This document shows positions 10,821-24,620 of a stretch of DNA of 64,000 nucleotides, in pieces. The stretch spans positions 77,438,001 to 77,502,000 of the forward strand of contig NC_043003.1 of the NCBI RefSeq assembly GCF_006345805.1. Reading direction: 5' to 3'. Both the position numbers and the translations under genes were made by a program. This DNA is from Octopus sinensis. Taxonomy: Eukaryota. Within the stretch, counting starts at the first letter, position 1; each line of letters begins with the position of its first letter. The notes beneath the pieces are model-generated. The model ran no database searches and was not told the DNA's origin. It saw only the letters and a list, made by a program, of their open reading frames with translations.

Positions 10821-12262
10821 CTAACAGTATATTACATATTAAGTAAAGCTGTAATAAACCACGTTTTACAGTCTCTTTGATGCAGACTGTAGAGTTAATT
10901 ACATGATTTGTATTTTTATTTGCCTGTTCTGGTATTTATCCTGCTTTAGTGCCCAATCGGTTTATTTTGATATCGATATGACTAAGGAGAAGACCCCCTT
11001 CGGTCATGAATGACCATGAGGTTGCACCTAGAAGGTTACACTCCGAGGTACAAGTCCGGGCAAGGTTCTTTATGGAAGGCCAGCAGTCGCCCATGCATAC
11101 CAGCCTCCCCTCTCCACACCACTGATGTTATCCAAGGGAAAGGCAAAGGCCAATACAGCTTGGCACCAGTGATGTCGCAACTCATATCTACAGTTGAGTG
11201 AACTGGAGCAACGTGAAATAAAGTGTCTTGCTCAAGAACACAACACGCAGCCCGGTCCGGGAATCGAACTCACAACCTCACGATCGTAAGCTCAACGCTC
11301 TAACCACTGAGCCATGCGCTTTCACCGATATCACTGAACTGTTTCTTCAATTCGCTCCATCTGATAATGAAAAGCTATCTGCCATTAGCTGGGTGCTGAA
11401 GACACTGTTTCCTGCTAGAAAGAAGTTGAAGGTAGGTAGCGAGGTTCGAATTCAGAGTGTAGAGTATTGGAACAAAGATTGCGCCACAGTTTATTTCATG
11501 CTGTAACGACTCTGCCTATCAAGCGCCTCAATAGCATTACTTATTCTTATACTACTTCCAGTACACGGACTGTGGTCATACTGGGGCACTGCCGCCATTA
11601 CGTACGTAATAACCTAAATTCCAATCTTGATATTTTCCTTCTAATATCTTTTCGTTGCAAAGATAGCGGTTGTTCAAACAAATTTCTTGTTGAAAGGATT
11701 GACCATATAAATTGCAAAACTGCTGATAGGTCGCTTTCTGAAATTAATCGAGATATAAAGGACCACCGACCCCCACCCCCGCCGCCGCCACCGCCGCCGT
11801 CGTCGTCATCATCATCATCATCATCATGTGTTTTACGTCTGCCCTCCATGCTGGTATAAGAAGGACGGGCTGTCTTGGTTTGAGTCAATTTCTACTCAAA
11901 GTTATTGTCCTCCCCAAAAGATTGGAGGTTTATATCTTGCTTGTCTGACTGTATCCCCTTCCTAAAACCAAACACTTTACAGAATGTACTAGAGAGCATT
12001 TATCGTTGCACAAACACGAAAGAGCTTGTCATGTCTTTGGCAAGAGTAAAGAAATGTCTGCTTAGAAGGTAAACATAATTGGGTGGGTGAATAGAAGAAA
12101 AAGTAATAACAAGGAAGGTAAAAAGAATGAGAGAGAGAGAGGGGGGGGGAGGGAGAGAGTATGGCTATGAGTGTGATGGAGGGAAACTGAGTAAGAGGAG
12201 TGGGCAGATGTAAGGGAGGGAGTCATGGAAGAGAGACAGTGACAGGTTACAAACAACTGAGT

Positions 12263-12645
12263 GGAGGCGCAATGGCCCAGTGGTTAGGGCAGCGGACTCG
12301 CGGTCATAGGATCGCGGTTTCGATTCCCAGACCGGGCGTTGTGAGTGTTTATTGAGCGAAAACACCTAAAAACTCCACGAGGCTCCGGCAAGGGATAGTG
12401 GTGATCCCTGCTGTACTCTTTCACCACAACTTTCTCTCACTCTTACTTCCTATTTCTGTTGTATCTGTATTTCAAAGGGCCGGCCTTGTCACTCTCTGTG
12501 TCACACTGAATATCCCCGAGAACTATGTTAAGGGTACACGTGTCTGTGGAGTGCTCAGCCACTTACACGTTAATTTCACGAGCAGGCTGTTCCATTGATT
12601 TGGATCAACCGGAAACCTCGTCGTCGTAACCGACGGAGTGATTCC
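12263..12645 (+). mobile_element. tRNA-derived SINE, family A (long variant)
   Basis: Head tggcccagtggttaggg...ggtttcgattccc (A and B boxes), conserved body and accgacggagtg tail. Confidence 0.85.
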
Positions 12646-12659
12646 ACAAACAACTGAAG

Positions 12660-13420
12660 TACACACTTCTTTATAACAACTGTCATTTGCCATCTGCATT
12701 ACATGCCTTCACCAGTGCAGTCTTCTCTTTTACACACTAAACCTGATTCCTCTTACATCCAGCTTTTTTTCTCAATCCATTTGTGTTCCATCGTCCGTGT
12801 ATAGGGACATTACACATCTAGTCTGATTACTTCATTTCTTTCTAACGATCTCAAATTTCCCGCATTCAAGACCCATGTCTTACCACAATGTAGTATCTAA
12901 TTTCATACACAGGTGACATACAATTTACTTTTTTCTCATAGAGTGAAACTTTATTACCAGCAGAGGTTATAGCTCCGTAAACTTCTCCTTTCTGTTACAC
13001 TGTTTATTAGGTCACCTCGGTAACAAAAGATATTAACAACTTCTAATTAGCTTTCTGAGTATTTGAAAGAATTTATTTCCCATAAATTCCTACTATCAAC
13101 TACTCTGTGTGTCTGCCACTTTCGAAGTTTATCTTCCATGTCAGTTTACCTTTGATCTCACAATACCTCTTGTGCAGCTATAGAACGTCAACTTAGACCT
13201 TTTCAACACGTTGAGCACACCCCTTTCCCTGATGGTAGTAGAATCCCGTATTATCTCTTACTTATTAAAACTTTAGTATTTGCTAAGTTCACTTTGAGAC
13301 CTCTCGATTCTAGATTTATACTTCTAAGTTCGGAAATTCTCTAAGTTTCTACTGATCTAGCTATAAGGAAGTATCATTAGCATATAGTAATCCTCATAGC
13401 TGGTCGGTCTTAAACTTTCT
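12660..13420 (-). mobile_element. Old degraded RTE LINE fragment
   Basis: Residual LYANDTSLIA, NLESRGLKVNLANTKVLISK, similar to the RT of the 26727-29700 element. Confidence 0.65.
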
Positions 13421-13832
13421 TGGTGTTTAACAATACCAAAGAGCACTTTCTCCCTTCGGAGCACAATCAAGACAGGATCAGTTTGATTGTGTTTGTGGCG
13501 GCCCTATATTTTCTTTATCATTCTTTGGTGTTCATGTAACACTAGATGGGTCAAAACGTTTGGAATTTAGAAATCAAATCCATCATTGTTCACTACCTTA
13601 AATGGAAAATCCTGGTTGTGAGATCATTGATGTGAATATATGTTTAACGTGTAAGATTCGTTAATAGAAGAGAAAACTACATTTTGTCGTGACTATAATT
13701 TGAACTCGCACCAACAAAATTTATTTCCCACTTAAATTAAATGAATTTAAAAAAGGAAAAACCAGGCGAGGGGAAGTAAGGGTGAGTAGCAATATGAAAG
13801 AAAGAGAGGGAGAGAGAAGGTAGGAGAGAGAG

Positions 13833-13863
<31 letters not shown>

Positions 13864-14044
13864 AAAAGAGAGAAAGAAAACGAGAGAGAGAAAGCGAAAG
13901 CGAGAGGGAGAGAGAGAAACTTGAAGCAGAAAAATTCTAATGAAAAATAGGAAGTGGGGCAGAATAGTAAAACAGATTTTGCATTGTGGTGGAAGCAGAG
14001 AAAGGCGATAGCTACATAGAAAAGAAAGAGGAAAGATAAGCTAG

Positions 14045-14079
<35 letters not shown>

Positions 14080-14905
14080 CGCACACACACACACACACAC
14101 ACACACCAACTTTTCCAAATATATAATAAATCATATTTATACGTTTGGAATATTGTAGGGCAGTTTTTAATAGCTGTTAGACGATATATATATATTGGAG
14201 GTTTCACAAGCATCTAAACTAAACAGGTTGACATTTGCTACTTTTATATACCAGCTCCAGTCCACAATATTTAGAAAGCCATAGCATTTGTTTGTGATAT
14301 TTTCGCAGGAATTCTTTGTTCAGAGTCTTGTAAAGCTAGTGACAGGTCAAGAAGATGCGTTGCCTCATGAAATAATTCTGTCACTGAATTTGTAAATGTT
14401 AAGTCTGTCACAGAAAGAAGCTGAAATATATAAATATTTTACATTTATTTAAAAAGCTGACTACTTTCATTCCTCCAGTATAGAAATGGATGGTCTTTAA
14501 CTGTAAGTGACAAGAGTCGGTGAACTTGACTTAACCAAAGCTTCAGGGTGTTGTGTCACTTACAACAGTTTCGTATATATATGGCTGCTAGCTGTATTAA
14601 TATCTAGCAGTGAAAACGTCTTTTTCTTCTCGCTACTAGCTTAGGTATTCAACTTCAGAAAGTGCTGACATGCCTACTGATCTTCCACAATTGTTTTCTT
14701 CCAAGAGAAAACGTTTCAATAGATTGAAATCTGATAGTACACCGAACCGATGTGAAATAGAAATGCCATGTTTGTCTGAACAGCCACTACACTCTAGTTG
14801 TTCAGATTTGAAATGTATATTTTAAAGTATTGAGTTTGTAGTTTCACTACTGCATACTGGTTTGTACTCACATATTTCCTTTAATTCCAACAAATGCACA
14901 GATGA

Positions 14906-17321
14906 CACTGGGTTATAAATTTTCACAAAAGCTTTCGTTGTCTTATTATTTTGAGTGATTTTAATGCAGAATTTTGTGCTGATTCTAAAAATGTGTTTTT
15001 TTTTCTCTACCATCGACCATTTGCGAGATATATCGACTTATGCTAATCTACACATATCATGCATCACATATCATCGTACATACATCGATACATCGTACAT
15101 ATCATCATACATTACATATCATCATATACAGATATCATCATACGTTTAGCAACTGCTTGTGTAAACAAAAGCTCTAACATCACTTGATCACAGGTTGCTG
15201 CGTGACGTAACTCTTGCTGTAAAACATTTTCTACTCTATTAATAAATCATTCATTCTTAAAGTTTATATTCTATCTCCATTATTCGCATAAGAGTATTGA
15301 AAGGGTTAACTGTCATCACCGCCTTCTGCCATACAAAATAGATTCAACAGAGACGTCTCAGTGCTCTCGTGGCTACCAAAGTCAGTGAAAGGAAGTGTTA
15401 TGCTTTGGTCTTTCATCCCTCCATCTTTTGTCTGGTATTCCATTTGGTTTTGGGACTGTTTGATCACTGTTTGATCACGACCATTGTGCATTTGTCACTT
15501 ACATTTCTTCCTTTTGCAGATTTTTATTATAAACATTGAATTTTCCTAACCATGGCTACAAGAGGCTGCAGGATTTCACCAAATATATTCTGTTATGTGT
15601 GTGGCTGCTATGTTGGAAGAAAGCTTGTAGCATATAAAATTGTGAAAGGTGCGAAGTACTGGATTGCTTATAGACTGTATTTTGGAATGAGTATGGGTGA
15701 CCAAAGAAAACCATGGCCCCTCATGTGATATGTGGAAATTTAGATGGATGGCTTAGAGGTGCAAGTAAAGCAATACCTTTTGCAATTCCGAGAGTTTGAC
15801 GAAAGTCAAAAATCATCACGATGATTGCTATTTTTGCATGGTTAATATATCAAAGAACAGAAGAGTTAAAGGAAGAAAACCTTTCCGTGTCCCAGCATTC
15901 AATCTTCCAATGCACCTGTGCCACATAATGATAACTTACCGGTCGTCAATTTTGAAATAATATCTGATTGCACATAAAATTCATATTAAGATTTCAACTA
16001 CTAAATGCAACCTTTTAACTTTTTCCAGGTAGAGGATATGATGAAGGTCTCAGCAGGAGAGTCTGAAGGTGGCGACAACGAAGAAATTGATGAAACATTT
16101 GGCATAAGAGAGGATTTCTGTTTCTGCAAAGATATAAATAGTTTGTTTACAGCTATTGGAATTTATCAATGGCATCTTTTCATAGATAGCTCAACAAAAA
16201 GCCCCCAAACCGCTTTATTACACAATAGAAATCAGCATCCATCCCTGTCTATTTTATACTTGGTACAGATGACAGTGTAAAAGAGCATCCTGAGAAAGTA
16301 GACTATGATAAGTTTAAATGGGAGGTTTGTGGTGACTTTAAAATGCTTGCCTTCTAACTTGGATTACAGAGTGGGTACATTGAGTATTTGTATTTTCTTT
16401 GCCTATGACCCAGTAGGGCTGACCATGAATATTACCAGAAGCTGAGTAGCTCCCACGAGATAACCTCCAGCTAGGAAAGCTAAATGTTATGACAACCTCT
16501 TATAGAGCCTGCAAAAGTGTTGTTACCTCCATTTAACATAAAGCTAGGGTTTTGCTCAAACAGTTTGTAAAGGCTTTAGATTGTGGTGGAGAAGCATTTC
16601 AAGAGATTTATCTACTCTTTCCAAAGCTGAGGCAAAAATTAAGGGTGGTATATTCACTGGACCACAAGTAAGGAAAATGCTGAGGTCAGTAAAACATGAA
16701 AATGTGATGAGTGATCTAGAAAGAGAGGGTTGGTATGCGCTTCGAGATATTGTCAATGGATTCCTTGGTAATAACAAAGACCCAAACTACAAGCAACTCT
16801 TAGCAAAACTTATTGAGAGTTATAAGAATTTAGGTTGTAGAATGTCATTCGCATTTAGACATTTTTCTTGAAAACTTAGGTCAAGTGAGTGAGGAACATG
16901 GTGAGAGATTCCATCAAGATATTGTAACAGAGAAAAAATACCAAGAAGATGGGACACTACAAGGACGGGGGACTATATATGGTCATTGGTACGTACAGAT
17001 ATAGGAGCTCACAGTGGGAGAGCATGATCTTCGGTGCATTTCTAGTAAAATCTTATAATCTCATCATAGTTTTGCTTACATTTCTCATTAGTTTGAAAAT
17101 AAATATCAGGACAAAATATTTTTAGTTCCTATTAATGTACAATGTGAATAAGTTGAATAAAGTAAATCGCAGCTAAATTTTATTCCCATTCTCTAGAAAA
17201 ACTCAATTATCTCCTAAAATATCGATGCTATGCAATATTTAAGAGTAGTTTTGAAATCAGGTGAAAAAATTACCTTAGTACCACTAAAAATTTAGAGAAG
17301 CAAAAATTGTGTTACCCAGTG
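14906..17321 (+). mobile_element. Chapaev3-like (CMC superfamily) DNA transposon, near full length, decayed
   Basis: Termini CACTGGGT...ACCCAGTG with 3-bp flanks TGA / TAA; internal transposase remnant. Confidence 0.8.
15552..17000 (+). pseudogene. Chapaev3-like transposase pseudogene
   Basis: MATRGCRISPNIFCYVCG, YFGMSMGDQRKPW, HHDDCYFC, AKIKGGIFTGPQVRKM, GFLGNNKDPNY, YKNLGCRMS, ENLGQVSEEHGERFHQDI; many stops and frameshifts. Confidence 0.8.
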
Positions 17322-17397
17322 TAATAGGTATGGAACGAATGTGAGCTTTCCTAATTCCTCCTTCAGAGTGATTTAGCTACTTTAATTCTGAAATTTA

Positions 17398-19850
17398 TTG
17401 GTTTCAAAATTTGGTATAAAGCCAGCAAGTTCAGGTGAGGGTGTAAGTCGATTATATCAACCCCAGTGTTCAACTGATACTTAATTTATCGACCTCGAAA
17501 ATATGAAAGGCAAAGTTGACGGAACGTAAGGGCAAACGAAATGCCGCTAACATTTTGTCCGGTGTGCAAACGATTCTGCCTGTTCACCGCCTTAATTCTG
17601 GAATTCATTGATAAAAATTAGATATTTATATACCCAATAAAGTTACATATCTCATTTTATGTTATAGCCACATCCATGTCTGCGTGGTTTAGAAGTTATC
17701 TTTGGGTCAAGTCCTACTAATCATCGTTTTGGGCTAATGTCTTCTATTCATCTTTCCTTTTATACAATAGACAGAATTTGAACCCTAACAACACGTGTGT
17801 GGTACAAGTTTAGCATTGATTCGGTCAATGAAGAGACATTAACAGTCACGCCATTAAAAATATTTTGTTGCTCAACAACCATACAGAAAGCACGAAATTT
17901 GAGCAAATGAAGGTCAGGATTTACTACTTCCAAATCAGAGACATTATGGGAAGCCTTAGGTGAAGACTGGTAGACAGTCATTTGAAATAAATACAGACGT
18001 ATACTCTTTTGACTGGTCATACTGACGTCAGAAGGTTTTTGCTGAATTAAACGATTGATTCTTCGTTACTGTGAAGTATATTTGCCACTTAAATGTGGCT
18101 AACCACTAAAGGTGGATGCTACTGTAGCTTGTAGCTCCAGGAGAACATCTCCAGCTGGCTAATGACACACTTTCTGTGCCCTATCAGTATTTGCAAAGGG
18201 AAGCCATCCTTACCATCATCGACCTGACGTGATACGCACGGACCCGGGTTTCTGGGTACTTACCCGTCGTCAGCGCACGACAATCACCGGTCTTCGATGC
18301 GAAGGGGTCCCAATGCAAATACATATATCCTTTTTCCAGTGACGAAAAGTCACTGATCTCGAAAAAGAGATTTATTATTGCTTGTTTATCTTCGTTACTA
18401 TTTTTCGTTATAATATCACTTAATTAATTTCAGCAAGTTAAATCTCTTCTCTGGAAATATAAAATCAAATTGATCCACTTTAGTTTCAAAATGGTGCGTA
18501 TACAGATTATCCTTCACGGATTCGCCAAGCTGATCAGAAAGCACGAGGTTACATGGCCAGATGTATTTAACTAGAAAACAACTTCTAATAGCAACCTAAC
18601 AAAACAGGACATGGCTGAACTAAAAATGTGTCTTGAAGTGAGCTCCGTTCGAAGACCGATGAATTTCTGGCTCTCCATCTAAAATCCCGGAAAACAAGTT
18701 TTTCTATTTCTCTTATACTCTGGATGAATCACAAGTAATAATTTTTGCTAATACAGACATAAGGACCGAAATTTTGAGGTCAAGCAAATAATCGATTATA
18801 TCGATTTTAGTATTTCATTGCTTCTTTATTTTATCGATCCCAGAAAGATAAATGGCAAAGGTCAGCTTCAGTGGAATTTGAACCTATAACATTAAGAACC
18901 GGAACAAATACTGTTTGTCCGATTGACGTAATGTGCCAAATAATTGTTTCCCATTTAGGAACAAGGTCAGCAGTTTTAAGGGGAGAGGTTTAATTGCTGT
19001 CATCGACCCCGTTACTAGACTGGCACTTTATTTTATCGATCCTGGAGAGCTGAAAGACAAAGCTGTCTTCGGCGAGATTTGAATTTAGAAAGAGCCGGAA
19101 GAAATACTGGTTTCAAATTTTGGTACAAGGCCAGCAATTACGGAGAAACTTAGTCGATTAGATCGACCCAACCTCTCAACTGGTACTTGTTTTACCGACT
19201 CTAAAAGGATGAAAGGTGAAGTCGGCCTCAGCAGAATTTGAACTCAGAACGTAAAGACGGAAAAAATACCTATTTCTTTACTACCCACAAGGGGCTAAAC
19301 ACAGGGGGGACAAACAAGGACAGACAAACGGATTAAGTCGATTACATCGACCCCAGTGTGTAAATGGTACTTAATTTATCGACCCCGAAAGGATGAAAGG
19401 CAAAGTCGACCCCGGCGGAATTTGAACTCAGAACGTAACGGCAGACGAAATACGGCTATGCATTTCGCCCGGCGTGCTAACGCTTCTGCCAGCTCGCCGT
19501 TAGGCATTTTACCTGGCGTAGTAACGATTCTGCCTGTTCGCCGACTTGAGCCGGAAGAAATTCTAGAAGGCATTATTTCCGACGTTGTAATGATTCAGCC
19601 AACTCATCGCCTTAGTTCTGTTCACTAATAATAATTTCAAATTTTGGCACAATGCCAGCAAGTCTCAGGGGAGGAAGTAAGTCGGTTACATCGCCGCCAG
19701 TACTTGACTGGTATTTCATTTTAGCAACCCCAAACGGATGAAATGCAAAGTTGACCTCAGCGGGATTAGAGCCCAGAGCGTAAAGAGCCAGGACAATGAC
19801 CGCTAAGTATTTTCTCCGACGCGTAAACAACTCTGCTAGTTCGTTGCCTT
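17398..19850 (-). mobile_element. Cluster of SINE family C copies (17398-17595 and about 18745-19850), tandem and nested
   Basis: Repeated gtcgattacatcgacccc...gaatttgaactcagaacgtaa...ctgccagctcgcc units; other copies at about 3015-3140, 33535-33752, 39850-40070, 41108-41345, 53695-53850. Confidence 0.8.
18235..18279 (-). ncRNA. Minimal type I hammerhead ribozyme-like motif
   Basis: Minus strand CGTGCG-CTGACGA-cGGGTaagtACCCa-GAAA-CCCGG-GTC^CGTGCG: helix I has 4 WC and 2 G.U pairs, palindromic ACCCGGGT helix III, GUC triplet. Confidence 0.8.
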
Positions 19851-20299
19851 TCTGCCAGATACTAACTAAAAGAAAGGAACTTTAGTCGGAGGATGAGGAA
19901 GAGAAAGAGTGGATACCCACAATCTTTGCCAGCCACTCTCTTGGTTTAATGAGATTAATGTGGTTGATAACCAGTGCGAACATCTGTTGGTCAATGTTTG
20001 CAGGGAAAAGGTGGACGGGGAGAGAACTGTGGAGAGTGTGGTCCGAATGCTGGTCCAGCTAAACATTTAAAATGGTATAAACATCTAAATTGTGTTAATA
20101 ACGTTACGGTTTATTGGAATCGGAACTGAGTGGGGCCTTGAAGTCGAGTATGAAGTTCTGTTTGTATACAACATACTTGTAATGACTTTACACTTTAAAA
20201 AAACAATAGAAGCTAAATATATAATGATACTGAATTTCTGTGTTGCATAGAAACCTGTGAGGATTATAATTTCATAAATTGAGATCATATTCTCCAAGA

Positions 20300-20465
<166 letters not shown>

Positions 20466-22118
20466 ATATGTCATGGATGTGTGGTGAGAAGCTTGCTTTC
20501 CAAGCACATGGTTCTGCGTTCAGTTCCATTGCGTGACACCTAGGACAAGTGTCTTCTGCAATAGCCTCTATAGACTCAGACCGACCAAGCCTTGTGAGCG
20601 GATTTGGTAAACGGAAACTGAAAGAAGCCCATCGTTTATATATATGTACACACACACAAAATTAAACAAGAAACTACTACTCATTTTCCCCGCTTTAGAT
20701 ATCATTTTTTTTTTGGGGGGGAAAATGAAAAAATATAAAATCAGACATTAGTGTGGGAAAAATTGACTTGGAATCCAACAGAGAGAAGAATATTTATTGT
20801 TAAACAGCAAAAATTATCCAGATATTTTATTAGTAACCACAATTACATTCAGGAAAAATATTTTGAAAAAAATCACCTGACTCTCTTTCAAATTCTCTCA
20901 ACGTCAACAGCAACAAATTATGCTGACCAATTTTTACTACCAAAGATGATGCAACAGTACCAAATGCCGATGATGCAATACTTGCAATGGTTTCAAACAG
21001 ACAGGAAGAAAATAACGAGAAATCAGAAATTACTAATTTTGACCCAGTTATTAATTTTGTTCACCACCATATATGTTTGTATGTACACATGTACATGCTT
21101 ATAGCTTTTTTTACTTACAATTTTTCTTATTTTTGCTTCATTACTACGAATATATAATTGTAATTGTAATTCAATACTGAGGACATTTTTATATAAATAA
21201 CGGATTGCCGATGAAATCGAGACATTAGGCGGCAGAAAGTAAGCCAAAATGTGGATCCATCTGATATGATCTATCGTAGAGAAGATTGGTGAGAAATCTG
21301 GGCTTCGATGGAGTTGTAATACATCCAAATCCGTCTAAGACATCAGTATTTCCATGACTATAGTTAAAAATAATGATGGACAAACTGAGGAATTTTTGTT
21401 TGTTAGATGCGCCTTCTTCCGGCTTGTTTCTCTCTTGATTGCAGTCCTGGGGAAACCGTAGATCATGTTTGGGTGTTTAGCATGCGGAGTATAGCTAGGT
21501 GCTTATCATCCTTCATCAGTCTTGAAGTGCAGACGGTAGGTACATTCTATAGGGAATTAATGGCTGGTGGATGATGTTCAGAAGATTGTTCTGGATGTCG
21601 ATGATCTGGCAGTACAGAAAATCTTCGATGTAAGATAAACTCATACAAACAAGGCAGTGCAGACATTCGGGCTCGCACGACGAAACTGCTCTTTACTTGT
21701 GCAATGTCCAAGATTTGCTAACTTGTGGAGAAATTTGAACTCAGGAGAGGGATTTCGTTGAATATCACAAACCATTATGGCAAGCGCTCTACCAATTCTA
21801 ACATATACTCCCCCTATAAACATCATATTAATAATATTGACACTTAGACTCAAAGTTTTAGGGGTAGAGGAAAATAGTTCATTCCCCTAAATATATTTGA
21901 AAACATTTTGTCAGTCTCTGAAAGATGAAAAGCAACATTGACCACGACGGAAATTGAACGTAAAGAGACGTAACTCATTACTGCAGTATAAGAGTATATT
22001 GTCCTATCGATTATGATTACTCCGTTCACTCCTCTCTAAGTTAGAAATATGGAGACATAGTTACAGAAGACCAGTAGCTGCTGCAAACACTATATTGTTT
22101 TAGGGATTTTATAGGGAA

Positions 22119-22635
22119 CTAGCAGTATCGCCCGGCGTTGCTCGGGTTTGTAAGGTAAATAACTATATAAGCCTTTTTAGAGAGTTACTTCCCTTATAGA
22201 TGCCAATTCGGGCTTTCTTAGCCATTTCTGTTTTGGTGTCTTCAAGCCATGAAGTCGTTGTTCTAAAAGAACGCTGGTCTCCTTGACAACGCTTTACGAC
22301 GTTGATTTCCTTACACTCCCTTCCCCACAGCTTCACGAGGGAGGAAAGAAGGGGGAGAAGCAAACACAGGTGCAGGTGTTTGAGCGTGGACGCCAACTCC
22401 GCCGCCATCGACACACGAAAAATTATGTATTAAAATGGAATAAAAAATGATGTTAAATTATTTTTAAAATCGTAGACTCATCGTAGACGCGCGCTAATAC
22501 TCAGACGGGCTCGATATGAATCACGACTATAAGATACCCGGTTTTGGTTAAACTGCACCGCAAAATGTGGGAGTAGTTAGGAATCTAAATCGAAGGGGAC
22601 AGACACTCACACAACTACAGTTTTATATATATAGA
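22119..22635 (-). mobile_element. Non-autonomous Helitron-like element
   Basis: On the minus strand: A|TC start, subterminal hairpin CCCG-agcaacgc-CGGG, CTAG|T end, no TSD; homologous to 32506-32879. Confidence 0.8.
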
Positions 22636-23617
22636 TATATTCGAAGATTTTTCATAGATTTGTTATTGTTATTTGACACCACTTTCTCTTGCTGTTGTTT
22701 AGTCGCAGATCAAAATATGCGCAAATCAAGTTTACTTAAGATTTAATACAGCCCAGCGGTGACTATCTTGTCATTTTTGAAGTATGTGAGACCACATTAT
22801 CTAAATATGCTCTTTCGTTTTTTAAGACAGTAGGGAATGATTTGCTATTTCTAATATTTCGAGCGACCTGGATGTTCACACCCCATGGAAATGTGAGATG
22901 GTATATCAGAGTATACAAAAAAGAGGGAAATTATATACTTTATTAAAATCGCTTAAAAAAATAAAAAGAACCTTATTATTCCGCTGTACTGTATATGGCT
23001 CAATAAAACAAAAAGTAGTAGTTAGAAAATTCATATTTTTATATTTCATATCTGATATTACCTTTTTAGGGGAGCGAACATTTCTTCAAACACTTTCAAG
23101 TTTTCAAATGGTGTACTCCAAAAGCTTCCTAAGCGCATTCGAGACAACCGAGCAAACTGTTCTGTTTCATTACCCTTTTCTTTTAATCAAATCACGTCAA
23201 TTGTGGAGATGAAGAATAATTGAGACCAATCTTATATCATCAAAGACAAGCTAATTTCTGTCTGTCTTTCCGTCACAAGATATATGTGAAGGAGGGATAG
23301 AAGAGGAGGAGAAACATTTGTTGAGAGAAATAGAGTGAGAGAGAGAGAGAAAGAGAAAAAGAGAGAGATTGATAGAGATAGATAAATAGATAGATAGATA
23401 GAGAGAGAGTGTGTGTGAAAGATAGATAGATAGGTGGAGTGTTTCCACAGTAGTAACTACCAAGTTTCGATAAAAAAACGTGGGAATTTTGAGTGCAAGT
23501 CTGTCAACACAGCGCAACACAGACTTCAAATAAAGCCTCACTATATAACAGTATGATATTAACTGGCCGTGTTCTCCGTCACACACACACACACACACAC
23601 CACACACACACACACAC

Positions 23618-23663
<46 letters not shown>

Positions 23664-23924
23664 TGTTGTTTTGGTTGTTAGTGTATGTGTGTATTTCTGT
23701 GTGTGTGTGGAGGGATGGTTCTATATGTCTTTCAACATATAGACAACGCAACACAGACTTTAAAAAAAGTCTTTCATATAATGACAGGTTGTTGCTGAGA
23801 GAAAAATACTGTGAGAAAGAGAGAGAGAGAGGGGAGGAAGAGAAGGTGAGAGAGGAGAGAGGGGGGAACAGAAAGAGAAAAGGAGAGAAACAGAGAGAAG
23901 GAGAGATAGATTGTGTGTATGTTT

Positions 23925-24018
<94 letters not shown>

Positions 24019-24269
24019 GTTGTCACTATAGTGGCTAACGAGACTTTCACTATATAACACTTCTATTATCTAGCCATATATCATACGAGGCACATAATTA
24101 ATTTGAGTAATAACACCGCATTATTGTTACGCACGACCAGCCAGAGCATTGTAGGGCTAGAATATGCTTATTCTGTAGAATATGAAAAAAAAGGATTTTT
24201 TCAAACTGCTATTAATGTTCACCGAGAAAGTCAATCTAAATATAATTTGAACCATTTATAAAGGTATTC

Positions 24270-24620
24270 TTTTACTTGTTTCAGTCATTTGACTGCGGCT
24301 ATGCTGAAGCACCGCCTTTAGTCGAGCAAACCGACCCCAGGAGTTATTCTTTGTAAGCCTAGTACTCATTCTATCAGTCTGTTTTGCCGAACCCATAAGT
24401 TAGGGGGACGTAAACACACAAACATACACACATACACATATGCACACATATATATACGACGGGCTTCTTTCAGTTTCCGTCTACCAAATACACTAACAAA
24501 GCTTGGGTCGGCCCGAGGCTGTAGTTCAAGACACTTGCTCAAGGTGCCACGCAGTGGGACTGAACCCGGAACCATGTGGTTGGTAAGCAAGCTACTTACC
24601 ACACAGCCACTCCTGCACCT
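24270..24620 (-). mobile_element. tRNA-like SINE family B, full length with internal (CA)/(TA) microsatellite
   Basis: Same architecture as 26060-26412(+), 44463-44818(-), 48380-48795(-), 51990-52362(-); partial copies at 20472-20640, 31965-32175, 53895-54030. Confidence 0.85.

Noticed and set aside
11760-11830. (CCG)n to (TCG)n to (TCA)n gradient giving a poly-P/poly-S ORF
   Set aside because: Microsatellite drift from an RTE (CAT)n tail; no coding evidence.
14309-14825. Phase-compatible candidate exons 14309-14345 and 14645-14825 (…SSKRKRFNRLKSDSTP…)
   Set aside because: Splice sites and frame fit could be chance; no homology recognised.
21200-21330. RSPDFSPI resembling the Tc1 SPDLNPIE motif
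   Set aside because: Single short motif with no other transposase context.
21500-21530. CTGATGA-AGG...CCT on the minus strand
   Set aside because: No GAAA, helix III or helix I partner, so not a hammerhead.
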